DNA of 64,000 nt from a virus: IMG/VR virus record IMGVR_UViG_3300020156_000002, positions 66,654 through 130,653 of that record; one strand, given 5' to 3'. Below the pieces are notes generated by a model. It ran no database searches and was not told where the DNA came from. It saw nothing but the letters and a program-made list of their open reading frames with translations. The translations under genes were made by a program, and so were the position numbers. Shown here one piece after another: positions 39,556 through 49,012 of this stretch; positions within the stretch are counted from its first letter, which is position 1; each line of letters opens with the position of its first letter.

Positions 39556-40125
39556 TTAATTTTTTGCGCCTTTAAACTTTGTGCATATTTTGTTTTCTAT
39601 CTCTGGTTGAATTCTTCCCTCTTTGGCTTTGCAAAGAATACTACATTTTCCTTCTTTATATTTATTACATTGGATGCAATTAGACTCAAATTCTTCTAAT
39701 TGGGCACGATTATCAAAAATACCTATGTAGTCGGTGGGATGTATAACAAATTCTATATGAGGATTCTTTGAATCGTAATAAATAGCTTTTACACGTTCAC
39801 ATGCTTGAGTATCATCTATCCATACACAACCAGAATCAGTAATGGAATCAAATGCGACTTTCCAATAATTATTGCAATCCATATCTATGCGTGGGAAATA
39901 GTATATTGTATCAACATAATAATGTTGATATTTATTATCTGACATCGCCCATCCTTGTTTCTTTGCTTGTTCTTTTACGTATTTAGTAAATTCTTTTTGA
40001 TATTTTATAGCATCTTGGGTTTTGTAACTCATAGCCATAGGTCTGCCATTTTTCATAATAGCCCGATATGACAAATAATGATTCACACTGGGACTTATGG
40101 GTGAAATTAATTTTAATTCTTGCAT
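39556..40125 (-). CDS. rusA: RusA-family Holliday junction resolvase
   Basis: PSVNHY; D.NNYWK...DSI...VW.DD. Confidence 0.85.
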   Translation of the reverse strand: MQELKLISPISPSVNHYLSYRAIMKNGRPMAMSYKTQDAIKYQKEFTKYVKEQAKKQGWAMSDNKYQHYYVDTIYYFPRIDMDCNNYWKVAFDSITDSGCVWIDDTQACERVKAIYYDSKNPHIEFVIHPTDYIGIFDNRAQLEEFESNCIQCNKYKEGKCSILCKAKEGRIQPEIENKICTKFKGAKN

Positions 40126-40151
40126 TTTCCACTTCCTATCAATGTTGTATT

Positions 40152-40361
40152 CTATTGTACTTTAGGTTTTCTTGAACACCACTCGTCATAAGACGGATAG
40201 CTTTCAGACTTATCAAAAACAAAAACCACAGATTCATTACTATCAAATACATCATATAAAATCACTTGTTTTGACATATAAAATGCTGCTTGTTTGGGGT
40301 TTAATATGTATATCATTCTATCTTCGTTGTACAACTTTCCAGTTGTTTTAGACCTTACCAA
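40152..40361 (-). CDS. Small DUF5659-like protein
   Basis: ILNPKQAAFYM...LYD......VFVFDKSE....YDEW. Confidence 0.55.
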   Translation of the reverse strand: MVRSKTTGKLYNEDRMIYILNPKQAAFYMSKQVILYDVFDSNESVVFVFDKSESYPSYDEWCSRKPKVQ

Positions 40362-40458
40362 ATAATTTTCCTCCTAACGAAAAAAATAGGGGCTATACTT
40401 CAACTATAAAAATAGTGAAATATGCCCCTATATAATTATCATATTTTTAATCTCTTCA

Positions 40459-40707
40459 CTATTTTTTACATTTACGTTTATTGACAATATTGGTTTCATT
40501 TTGCTCAACTTCTTTTTCTTCTGTGATTTCCAATTCTTTAACTGGATTATCTCTTTCTTCAATAGCTCTTAAATATTCTTTAAAACAATCTACTGAACAA
40601 CATAAACTTCTCCAATGAACTCCCTTATTTTTATCGCAATCATCACATGCCCAATAATTTTTGTTGCATTTTGGGTTTTTACAAACATGATTAGGTTCAT
40701 GTGCCAT
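40459..40707 (-). CDS. Small Cys-rich zinc-binding protein
   Basis: CKNPKC...CDDC...CCSVDC. Confidence 0.6.
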   Translation of the reverse strand: MAHEPNHVCKNPKCNKNYWACDDCDKNKGVHWRSLCCSVDCFKEYLRAIEERDNPVKELEITEEKEVEQNETNIVNKRKCKK

Positions 40708-40770
40708 ATTTTCAACTCACTTTCTAATTAAAATAGTGGAGTAAACTTTAACATTCACTCCACCTTTTTA

Positions 40771-41589
40771 TTATTCAACAATGAACCAAGTCCAATAAGA
40801 TTTATCAACAGAACATGGATCAGTTAAACTTTCCGCAGCGAACGCATGAACAGAAGGTTCCCCACCAATAGACATAGACATATTCATGTCTGGAGCGGTA
40901 TTGAAGTAAACCATCTTAGTATGATATACAATAGAATTATCACATACATCACGTACTAAAAGATCTGTTATTAATTTTACATTTTCTGCATACTTTTCTG
41001 AATTATTTACAATAGCCTTACCTACAGTAGTTTCATATTCGTAAGAAATAATAATAGCATCACCTGTAGTAAAATCAGAGGTAGGCAATGTCACAACGTC
41101 CCCAGAAAGTGTAAATTTGCCAGTTCCGGCAGTAGCAGATACTTCATAACGTTTTCCCTGTGTCATATCTTTATTAGCCTTATATAAATATTTTACAGAA
41201 GATATTATTGGAGTATCAGGTAATTTTGCAGTAACTACTTCGCTACCAGCCGCACCAGTAACCGTAACTTTAACCGTTTCTACAGTAGGAACTGTCAACT
41301 TATTTGTATCAGATGCTTCTATGATATCTGCACCAATTTGCGTGGCGTAGGCACTAGCAATAACATAACCATTATTAAATGAAATTTTAGAGGTTTTATT
41401 CTGATTAAGAGCAGAAATACGTCTTCCACCTGCTCCAGTACCAAATACAGTTTCTCCACCATTTTCTATAGTAGCATCTTTAATTTCATCAAACATAAAT
41501 CTTATTTCGCCCGTAGTTCTGTTTATACCAGTTACGGACATAATTTTATCTATAACCAATTTGTCAAAATCGATAGCAGTAATAGCCAT
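40771..41589 (-). CDS. Major tail (tube) protein
   Basis: Beta-rich 272 aa after the head-tail genes; strong SD; followed by a terminator. Confidence 0.65.
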   Translation of the reverse strand: MAITAIDFDKLVIDKIMSVTGINRTTGEIRFMFDEIKDATIENGGETVFGTGAGGRRISALNQNKTSKISFNNGYVIASAYATQIGADIIEASDTNKLTVPTVETVKVTVTGAAGSEVVTAKLPDTPIISSVKYLYKANKDMTQGKRYEVSATAGTGKFTLSGDVVTLPTSDFTTGDAIIISYEYETTVGKAIVNNSEKYAENVKLITDLLVRDVCDNSIVYHTKMVYFNTAPDMNMSMSIGGEPSVHAFAAESLTDPCSVDKSYWTWFIVE

Positions 41590-41631
41590 AATATTAATCC
41601 TCCTTAATTTTTACATATAAAAAAGCCTTGA

Positions 41632-42360
41632 TTATTTATCAAGACTCCCAAGCCAGTTTAATTGTTCTTGTGTAATTGATTTTGTATCAACACAGCCGCT
41701 ATATATGCCTTTGTATAAGTTATCAACATCTTTAATTTTCTGGATTCGTTTTATAGAATCATTAAAAGCATATATATTTAAATCCCATACAGTGTCGTGA
41801 TTATACTTAAATCCTTCACTATTTACTAGCGCAGATATTTGTGGAATTAAAATTGATTCAAATTTTTTATTTTTATGACGTTGATTTTTTCTTCTCTCAG
41901 TTTCTATCAAATACCTTTTTGTATGTTCATTCCCAGCAACATCAATTTTTTTAGGAAAGTTATGTATAGTCCTTATGTAATCTGATATAAGTCTATGTAT
42001 ATTTGAATCAATAACAATATCAAAAATTTCACTATAATAGACCAGTTCATTATTTTGAGTATTGGTATAATCTTTAAAAGTAGTAAAATCAATATCCCCG
42101 AAAAAAATGAAAGTATATTCTACTGGAATTTCATGACATAAAAGGAAAAATAAAGATAATCCACTTACTTTTTCATAATCAACACCAACATCATCCAATT
42201 CAACTTTATAATCAAATGGTGTCGCAACTAATTTATTAATTAGATTCCAGTAATTCACTTCACCATAATTACATATATCATTCAATGTTGGTTGATGAAT
42301 AATTATTTTGTCGTTTATCTCATAGTCTTGTCCTCTAAATAATTTAAGACAATCAATCAA
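41632..42360 (-). CDS. Tail morphogenesis protein (SPbeta-like)
   Basis: IHQPTLNDI...VWDLNIYAF..SIKRIQKI; synteny. Confidence 0.55.
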   Translation of the reverse strand: MIDCLKLFRGQDYEINDKIIIHQPTLNDICNYGEVNYWNLINKLVATPFDYKVELDDVGVDYEKVSGLSLFFLLCHEIPVEYTFIFFGDIDFTTFKDYTNTQNNELVYYSEIFDIVIDSNIHRLISDYIRTIHNFPKKIDVAGNEHTKRYLIETERRKNQRHKNKKFESILIPQISALVNSEGFKYNHDTVWDLNIYAFNDSIKRIQKIKDVDNLYKGIYSGCVDTKSITQEQLNWLGSLDK

Positions 42361-42842
42361 TTTTGTTTCACCCCATTTACCATTGAATTAGAAGTTATAC
42401 TTTTAAATTTTATTGTTCTGTAATAATATTTATCATTAAGCGGTTCTTCAACGTCGTAACCTAAATCTAATTCAAATCCTATAGAGCTATTCCAATTTAA
42501 CATTTTAATTAATTCGCCACATATTACATCACAACGAGTTCCGCCATATGAGGTTTTCATTGCGTCATTATGACAAATTACAGAAATGGTAAGAACAAAA
42601 TTTTTATATATGTCATTTTTAGATAAACTCGTGCTTATAATACTTAATCCTATATAAGTTTGAACAGAAATAGCAGCTGTATCAGTTTTAATGTAGGGAA
42701 ACAGAACTTTATACATACATGCGGATGGATTGTCAGGATTGTATTCAGTATAATTAAGCAAAGACATTATGTTGTTATTTTCCATAATAAGGTTTAAAAA
42801 CTTACGTTTCAACTTCATAATATCGGAATCATACACATTCAT
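42357..42842 (-). CDS. Tail terminator-like protein
   Basis: LFPY...ISVICH...RCDVI...LN; synteny. Confidence 0.55.
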   Translation of the reverse strand: MNVYDSDIMKLKRKFLNLIMENNNIMSLLNYTEYNPDNPSACMYKVLFPYIKTDTAAISVQTYIGLSIISTSLSKNDIYKNFVLTISVICHNDAMKTSYGGTRCDVICGELIKMLNWNSSIGFELDLGYDVEEPLNDKYYYRTIKFKSITSNSMVNGVKQN

Positions 42843-42845
42843 CTT

Positions 42846-43898
42846 TTACCACCCACTTCCTATAGATATAGTTATCTCTCCATTAAATCCACCATTCCCA
42901 TCACCAACTTTGCAAACTATATTTTTATCTAATAACCTAATATCATCTTTAGCAACAATTTTTACATTATTCCAAACTTGAGACACGGCAATTAGATTTT
43001 CAAATCCAACAGGCTTTGTAATATCCCATACAGCAACCACAGTATTATTAACCGTTTTATCAGCATTATAAAATGTTGGTACAAGAGTAATTCCACTTGA
43101 CATTCCTATCATTACTTGATTACTTGGATCGCTACATGTTATTGTTGCATACGTTGTGCTTGTAGAAGGTTCTGGTGTAGGAGTAACAGTAAAATAATCT
43201 GCAATCATTAACTCTGCATTGTCGGTCTTCTCATTAAATTCAGTTTTTTCAATTATTAATACAACAAGTCCACCATTATCACCATAATTATTTGTAGTTA
43301 CATTTCTATCTGTAATTTTATAAGCTTGTGGTGGATATACTCCATCAACATCAATTAATAATCTTTTTTTACCTTCTCTGAGCTGTTTTGTGATATCATC
43401 AAATGGTAATTTTATCGTATGTCTAGCATTTAATGTTGTAATTACATCATTAGTATCTAAACCGGAAGAACTAGTAGCTGCGCTATCAATACATGGGTAG
43501 GAGAGAATAGCGCCTGTTGTTGGATGTTGAAGTTTGAGTGTGTAGTTGCATCTTTGCAAAATAGTTTTTTCATATATTCCGTTATTGCCAACTAACGAAA
43601 TAGCCAACCAAACCTTATTTTCAAATAAGATATAATCTCCACACTGTAAAGTACCTATTGTTGTTAATATTTGGCGCTCTGTACTTTTAGTTTGACTGTC
43701 TGATATATTACCAATGATAATAGCTTTTATCTCAGATATAACAGATAGGTCATTTTTGACTATTTTTACATCAATTTTAATAGGTGATGTTTCCAACAAT
43801 TCAGCAAATGAATCTTTTGCATAAGCATCAAATTCTTCTTTTTCATATCCACTGTTATATACAGGCATACTACCCATAAGATACCATTCTGTTGCCAT
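42846..43898 (-). CDS. Head closure protein with C-terminal Ig-like domain
   Basis: LQCGDYI..ENKVWL...LQRCNY; synteny. Confidence 0.6.
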   Translation of the reverse strand: MATEWYLMGSMPVYNSGYEKEEFDAYAKDSFAELLETSPIKIDVKIVKNDLSVISEIKAIIIGNISDSQTKSTERQILTTIGTLQCGDYILFENKVWLAISLVGNNGIYEKTILQRCNYTLKLQHPTTGAILSYPCIDSAATSSSGLDTNDVITTLNARHTIKLPFDDITKQLREGKKRLLIDVDGVYPPQAYKITDRNVTTNNYGDNGGLVVLIIEKTEFNEKTDNAELMIADYFTVTPTPEPSTSTTYATITCSDPSNQVMIGMSSGITLVPTFYNADKTVNNTVVAVWDITKPVGFENLIAVSQVWNNVKIVAKDDIRLLDKNIVCKVGDGNGGFNGEITISIGSGW

Positions 43899-43908
43899 AA
43901 AACACCAC

Positions 43909-44307
43909 CTAACTATAACAATGTTGCTTTTGCTTATTTAGCAAATCAGCTACACGTTCCATCTCAAACTTCAAATCATTATAAATGGTTCTTTTAGATT
44001 CGTCTCCGCCAGTAATAGAAATGTCTTTACCACTGATACCACTTAATTTTTCTGCTCTACTTAATTCTCTAGTTAGATAATATGTATACATAATCAGCGC
44101 AATTGTTTTAATTTGATATCTGTTTAATTGATGATCAAAGGCTTGCAATATATCATCATACTCTAACGTTTGTATTTCTAATTCATATTCACCCAATGCA
44201 TCCAAAAACCATTGTTTTACCAATCCATCTGCAAGAATATACTTTGATTGAGGTAGGGATTCAAAGCTACTCAATATATCACTGTAGGTTGTATTCGCCA
44301 TTCCCAA
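43909..44307 (-). CDS. Head-tail adaptor
   Basis: TTYSDI...; helical 132 aa; synteny. Confidence 0.55.
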   Translation of the reverse strand: MGMANTTYSDILSSFESLPQSKYILADGLVKQWFLDALGEYELEIQTLEYDDILQAFDHQLNRYQIKTIALIMYTYYLTRELSRAEKLSGISGKDISITGGDESKRTIYNDLKFEMERVADLLNKQKQHCYS

Positions 44308-44317
44308 CCCTCCTTAA

Positions 44318-44797
44318 TTATTCAAATTTATAACCTGAAATCTTTTCTATGGATGTTTTCTTATAACCTTCTACATCTTCTATACCTGCTTCAATAGAAA
44401 GTGGAACAATCATTTTCTTTTCTGCTTCAGTAACTACTAATTTAGCTAATTCCTTTTCAAAAGATGCTTTTGGAGAAACAGATAATAACTTCTTAACATT
44501 ATCTAATGTAAGTAAAATTTCTTTATTGTTTTCCTCGTTATTAGTACCAAAAATAAATGCTTTTACATTTTCATCATTTATTTTTATATAAGCATTATTT
44601 CCAAAACCATCTATACCACAAAAAAACTTATTTCCAAGTTTAACTTGACCATCTACTTCAGCAACAGACAATTGTTTAAAGCCTTTAACATTTGCAGGAA
44701 TAGTTATATCTCTATTGGCTTCTGAACTTATAAAACCTAAATCCCAATTTACCAAATTATCTATACTAACTCTGTCTGTTAATTTTATTTCTGACAT
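44318..44797 (-). CDS. Hypothetical head-associated protein
   Basis: Directly after capsid gene; 159 aa. Confidence 0.55.
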   Translation of the reverse strand: MSEIKLTDRVSIDNLVNWDLGFISSEANRDITIPANVKGFKQLSVAEVDGQVKLGNKFFCGIDGFGNNAYIKINDENVKAFIFGTNNEENNKEILLTLDNVKKLLSVSPKASFEKELAKLVVTEAEKKMIVPLSIEAGIEDVEGYKKTSIEKISGYKFE

Positions 44798-44865
44798 TAA
44801 ATCGCTCCCTTAATTTATATTTTTATATAAGAGGGCGAAATAAATCGCCCAATAAAAAAAGGCTA

Positions 44866-45957
44866 TTAAGCCTGTTTTGCAATAATACCAATTTCAAACT
44901 CTCTACCTTTAGTAACATCAGCTCCGATCTCAATATCAAAACGTGTTTTAACAACACCTGTTTCAATGTCATTTCCAGTCATAGTAGTAATTCCACCACG
45001 TCTGAAGATATGGAAAGGAGAGTTTGTTCCTTGTGCTGTAAAGTAAAGCTTGTCCGCATCATAATAAGTTTCAAATGCACTCTTATCAGCAAGAGGTTTT
45101 GTAAAGTTATAAGGATTAGGTAACTCAACAAGAGAACTTCCCTTATAAAAGCCATTTAACCCAGACTTAGCAATTTCAGCGACCTGTTCTGGCGTATAGA
45201 ATGGAATCACATCAGAACCTACAGTCTTGTAACCATTCCAATCACAGATAGTTGAAAGTACAGAGAAGTCACCAGAAATTGCAACCTTACCTAATTTACG
45301 AACCTTTGTAACCATAGCATCTACCAGTGTTTGAGTAGGCGTACTAGAATATTCGGAATAAAACTTTACATATTTTGTATTATTCTTTACTGCATTATTT
45401 AATATGCTTAATGCATAAGCAACGGCTTTGTTATTCATATCAGTCTGAACTTGACTTGTTTCTTCTGCAACGTTACCGCCAAAATTGCCACTTGCCAATT
45501 CACGATAATCAATAGCCATGCCAGCAGAAATGGTCTTTGTAGTAATCGGGTATTCTATCCAATTTCTGCTCCCAAAACTTACATCAGCTCCAGAAGCTTG
45601 CATTCTAGCATCAAGTCCCTCATAGTTATAAGTCTTTACAACTGGTTGCACATCATAGCCAACTTCTTTGTAATCTCCTAAGAAACTAAATACTTTTAAA
45701 GATTCAAGTAATTTTGGCTGCACCATGAACTTAACTATGGTATTAATTTCTGATCTAGCTCTCCAATCACCATTATCTGCTCTGTTGCCTAAGTCTTTTA
45801 GTTTTGCAACAACCGCGTCAGTCTCTTTTCCATATTTGCTAATATCTGCTCCATAAAATAAAGCAGAACAAATTTCAACTACTTTGTTGAACTTGGTCTG
45901 CTCCTTAATCTGGATATCGTCTTTTCTTGCATTATTCATTTCAAAAGATGTATTCAT
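44866..45957 (-). CDS. Major capsid protein (HK97 fold, YonB-like position)
   Basis: 363 aa after protease and decoration genes; strong SD; G.YKGS.LVELPNPYN. Confidence 0.8.
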   Translation of the reverse strand: MNTSFEMNNARKDDIQIKEQTKFNKVVEICSALFYGADISKYGKETDAVVAKLKDLGNRADNGDWRARSEINTIVKFMVQPKLLESLKVFSFLGDYKEVGYDVQPVVKTYNYEGLDARMQASGADVSFGSRNWIEYPITTKTISAGMAIDYRELASGNFGGNVAEETSQVQTDMNNKAVAYALSILNNAVKNNTKYVKFYSEYSSTPTQTLVDAMVTKVRKLGKVAISGDFSVLSTICDWNGYKTVGSDVIPFYTPEQVAEIAKSGLNGFYKGSSLVELPNPYNFTKPLADKSAFETYYDADKLYFTAQGTNSPFHIFRRGGITTMTGNDIETGVVKTRFDIEIGADVTKGREFEIGIIAKQA

Positions 45958-45983
45958 TATGTAAATCCTCCTTTATTATTATA

Positions 45984-46442
45984 TTAGGCAACTACAACAA
46001 CGGCGTCTAAACCATTTCCGCCAAATGTAGTCTTTTCAATAACTTGTAAATATGTTGCATAACCAGTTACATCAGCAGTTTCAACCCATTTTCCATCGGT
46101 GCCTAAGGTAAGTTTGTCTCCTACAGCAATATCAGCGTAAGCAGTCGTTACAGCATCCGTATCCATCTGTAAAGCACGACCATTAAGATTTTTAAGAGGG
46201 AAAATTCTAGGATATTCACCTATTTCAATCTTGTAATCATTAGGAGCTAATGTCTCCGGTTTATCAATTCTATTCATTACTAATGCAACATCACCTTTAG
46301 CTGTGGTAGCATCTGGTAAAGCGACTACTTTTGTTGCAAGATTATAAGTTACTCCATAACCATTCTTTAATACTACAGGAGTTTTTAAGTAACCGATATT
46401 TTGTGCGGTCTTATAAGTACCAATTTCTTTAAATTTTACCAT
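45984..46442 (-). CDS. Capsid decoration/cement protein
   Basis: 152 aa beta-rich gene between protease and capsid. Confidence 0.6.
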   Translation of the reverse strand: MVKFKEIGTYKTAQNIGYLKTPVVLKNGYGVTYNLATKVVALPDATTAKGDVALVMNRIDKPETLAPNDYKIEIGEYPRIFPLKNLNGRALQMDTDAVTTAYADIAVGDKLTLGTDGKWVETADVTGYATYLQVIEKTTFGGNGLDAVVVVA

Positions 46443-46459
46443 TATAATATCCTCCTTTA

Positions 46460-47644
46460 TTATTCAAAAATATCACCAAGGTCTACTAAATCCTTGGTAT
46501 CAACATCATCAACTGAACCAAAAATGTCATCTAATTTTGGTTGGTTCTTGGCTGCATTAATTTCTGCAATCTGTGTTTCTTTAGCTTTTGCACCAATACC
46601 TGCATTAATCTTTGTAATAATGCTATTTACTTCAACTTTTGTATAATCTTCGTTGAATAAATCTATATCTTCTTTTGCATAAGCTTTTTCTTCATTAGTA
46701 AAAATAGTCAATGCTTGATTAAGTTCATTAATAGCAAAATCTTTTTTACACTGATTAAGTTCTGTCTTCATCTGCTCAACTAAAGCGTTTATTTCAGCTA
46801 ATTCCTTATCTTTTTCCTCTACCTTAGAATTCGCTTCTAAAATTTGAGTATTAAGATTTTCAATTTCAGTATCCTTAACTGCGACAGATTCATTAAGATC
46901 TGTAATTTTTGCAGTAAGTTCTTCGTTTTTAGAATTAGTTTCGGAAATAGCAGACTTAACACTTGTAATTAATAATTCCATTTGTTTCTCATCCATTACG
47001 TGTGAGTCCTCCTTTTTATTATTATTATTTTTGTTTATATTATTAGGCTTGTTATTCAATTGATTGAATTCAAGCATAATTGCGTTATCATCGGCTGGTT
47101 CTATACCTAAAATACAGAATGCGCTATAAGAATAGATTTTAGGTATTCTTCCCTGTTCTTTCCAACCATCTCTGTAAATGATTTTTCCATCATTTTCTGT
47201 TGTTCCGACAAATTCAACACTTCCAGATACCGTTTGATTTGAAGCTTTTTGGTTTTCTATCCATTGAACAAAATTTGCATATCTAGCTTCATTTATATAT
47301 CCATAACCAACAAGGCATCTTTTAGATTCTCCGTCAATTATTACATCTTCAATTGCTCCATAATAAAATGCGCCTACTTGTTCAGAATTTTCAAAAAGTG
47401 GTATAGTTCCATCTTTAATACCCGTATACCCGTGGTCATATGGATACTCTTTGTCAGAATCTAAAAATGCGACACATATCGGTAATCCTTTAATGCTATC
47501 TAAATTATTTTTTGTATATTCTTCTAAATATGTAATTCCATTTTTATTCCATTCATTTTCATTGTCATAAATAGAATGAATTACCATTTTAATATCTCTA
47601 CGCCCATTTGGATTTTTTTCTGATATTTCTAATAAGTCAAACAT
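46460..47644 (-). CDS. Prohead protease fused to scaffold coiled coil
   Basis: WNKNG, DHG, GSVE, LGIEPAD; C-terminal coiled coil. Confidence 0.8.
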   Translation of the reverse strand: MFDLLEISEKNPNGRRDIKMVIHSIYDNENEWNKNGITYLEEYTKNNLDSIKGLPICVAFLDSDKEYPYDHGYTGIKDGTIPLFENSEQVGAFYYGAIEDVIIDGESKRCLVGYGYINEARYANFVQWIENQKASNQTVSGSVEFVGTTENDGKIIYRDGWKEQGRIPKIYSYSAFCILGIEPADDNAIMLEFNQLNNKPNNINKNNNNKKEDSHVMDEKQMELLITSVKSAISETNSKNEELTAKITDLNESVAVKDTEIENLNTQILEANSKVEEKDKELAEINALVEQMKTELNQCKKDFAINELNQALTIFTNEEKAYAKEDIDLFNEDYTKVEVNSIITKINAGIGAKAKETQIAEINAAKNQPKLDDIFGSVDDVDTKDLVDLGDIFE

Positions 47645-47657
47645 TTTTCACCACCTT

Positions 47658-48791
47658 TCAAATAGGAAAAGAACTAGAAAGTTCTAGTTCCTTATCTAAT
47701 ATTTCTTCAATATTTTCATAATTCCAATACCATATTTCTAACAGTTTGATATTATTATCAATAGCATATTGTTTCTTGCGTCTGTCATGTTCTTTCTGAT
47801 ATTCAAATTGTTCTAGTGTTTGTTGTTTAGCTGTACCATCATGAAATTCTCCTTGATATTCGATTAATAAGTTGTAATCTTGTAAATAAAAATCATAAGA
47901 TAATAATCCATTTCCTATTCCAGTTAGTCCATCAAATTCTTTTTGCCAAATAAAATTAAGATTATTGTCGAGTAAATATTTTCTTGTTCTTAATTCACCT
48001 AAAGAAGAATTACATAATGGACATCCAGAGTTTTTATAAAGAGAATGAGGAGTAGTCACCCACATATGATTACATATATTACATTTAACCGTTATATCAT
48101 CTGTAATTCCAGTATATTGACTAAGTATTGTAATATCATTATCATTTTGATTATGTAGTTTTAACATAAATTCTTCATGTGTTCTTCTTTGTCTTTCATT
48201 GGCACAAATTGGACATCCATGACCAGCCAATAAATTTTGTGGGATTGCTTCAAATAATTCATTATGTATTTTACATAGAAACACCGCTTTCTTACTAACC
48301 CCTTCGTAGCCATCAAACAGGATAATATCTTTATTTACATTAGATAATCTTTCTATAAAATCATTTTTTGGAATTACTTTTGATAAATTTCTGTGTTCAA
48401 TGGCACATTTAGGACAACCTCTTCCTTGTAATAATTTATTTGGAGTAACATACCATATGTTATTACAAGTAACGCATTTGCATAGTATTTTAGTCTTTGC
48501 GTCAACATATTCACTGAGTATTTTTATATCTGTTTTAAGATTATAAAACGCTTTTATAAAATCGTCATGAGAATGTCTGTTTTTATCATTTGTAATTTTA
48601 CTTGAACATTTATTATGCCCACAGCCTAAAGCTAAAACGGCAGGAGTGGTAAAGAATAAGTCGTTGCAAATTAAACATCTACATTCTATTTGCTCATTAC
48701 GTGACTTATATTCACCGATTATTTCAATTGTTTTATTTAGTTTGTTGTTATATTTTTCTTTAAATTCAACTAATGTATATTTTTTACTCAT
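47658..48791 (-). CDS. Free-standing homing-endonuclease-like protein (four Zn-binding repeats plus Vsr/DUF2726-like nuclease)
   Basis: Repeated C..C...P..LL.G.GCP.C; SLGE...LSYDFYL...LIEYQGEFH...HDRRK...LLEIWYW. Confidence 0.85.
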   Translation of the reverse strand: MSKKYTLVEFKEKYNNKLNKTIEIIGEYKSRNEQIECRCLICNDLFFTTPAVLALGCGHNKCSSKITNDKNRHSHDDFIKAFYNLKTDIKILSEYVDAKTKILCKCVTCNNIWYVTPNKLLQGRGCPKCAIEHRNLSKVIPKNDFIERLSNVNKDIILFDGYEGVSKKAVFLCKIHNELFEAIPQNLLAGHGCPICANERQRRTHEEFMLKLHNQNDNDITILSQYTGITDDITVKCNICNHMWVTTPHSLYKNSGCPLCNSSLGELRTRKYLLDNNLNFIWQKEFDGLTGIGNGLLSYDFYLQDYNLLIEYQGEFHDGTAKQQTLEQFEYQKEHDRRKKQYAIDNNIKLLEIWYWNYENIEEILDKELELSSSFPI

Positions 48792-48832
48792 ATTATTTGA
48801 CCTTTCTAATGAATTTTTTTATATAGAAAAAG

Positions 48833-49009
48833 CTAGTGATTTGATACACTAGCTAAATCTAATTTTAATTTTTCTGTTAATTCAAATATAAATATTGTTT
48901 TATCTATATTATTTTTGTTTGGTTTTATATCATAAATTTGATTACCATTTTTTAATAAATACCTTGCAATTCTTGGTTCAAAAATAGATTTAAATTCTAT
49001 TATAATCAC
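48833..49009 (-). CDS. Small DUF5659-like protein (not in ORF track; probable ATA/ATT start)
   Basis: IEFKSIFEPRIARYLLKNGNQIYDIKPNKNNIDKTIFIFELTEKL; SD AAGGAG overlaps the portal stop. Confidence 0.6.
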   Translation of the reverse strand: MIIIEFKSIFEPRIARYLLKNGNQIYDIKPNKNNIDKTIFIFELTEKLKLDLASVSNH

Positions 49010-49012
49010 TCC

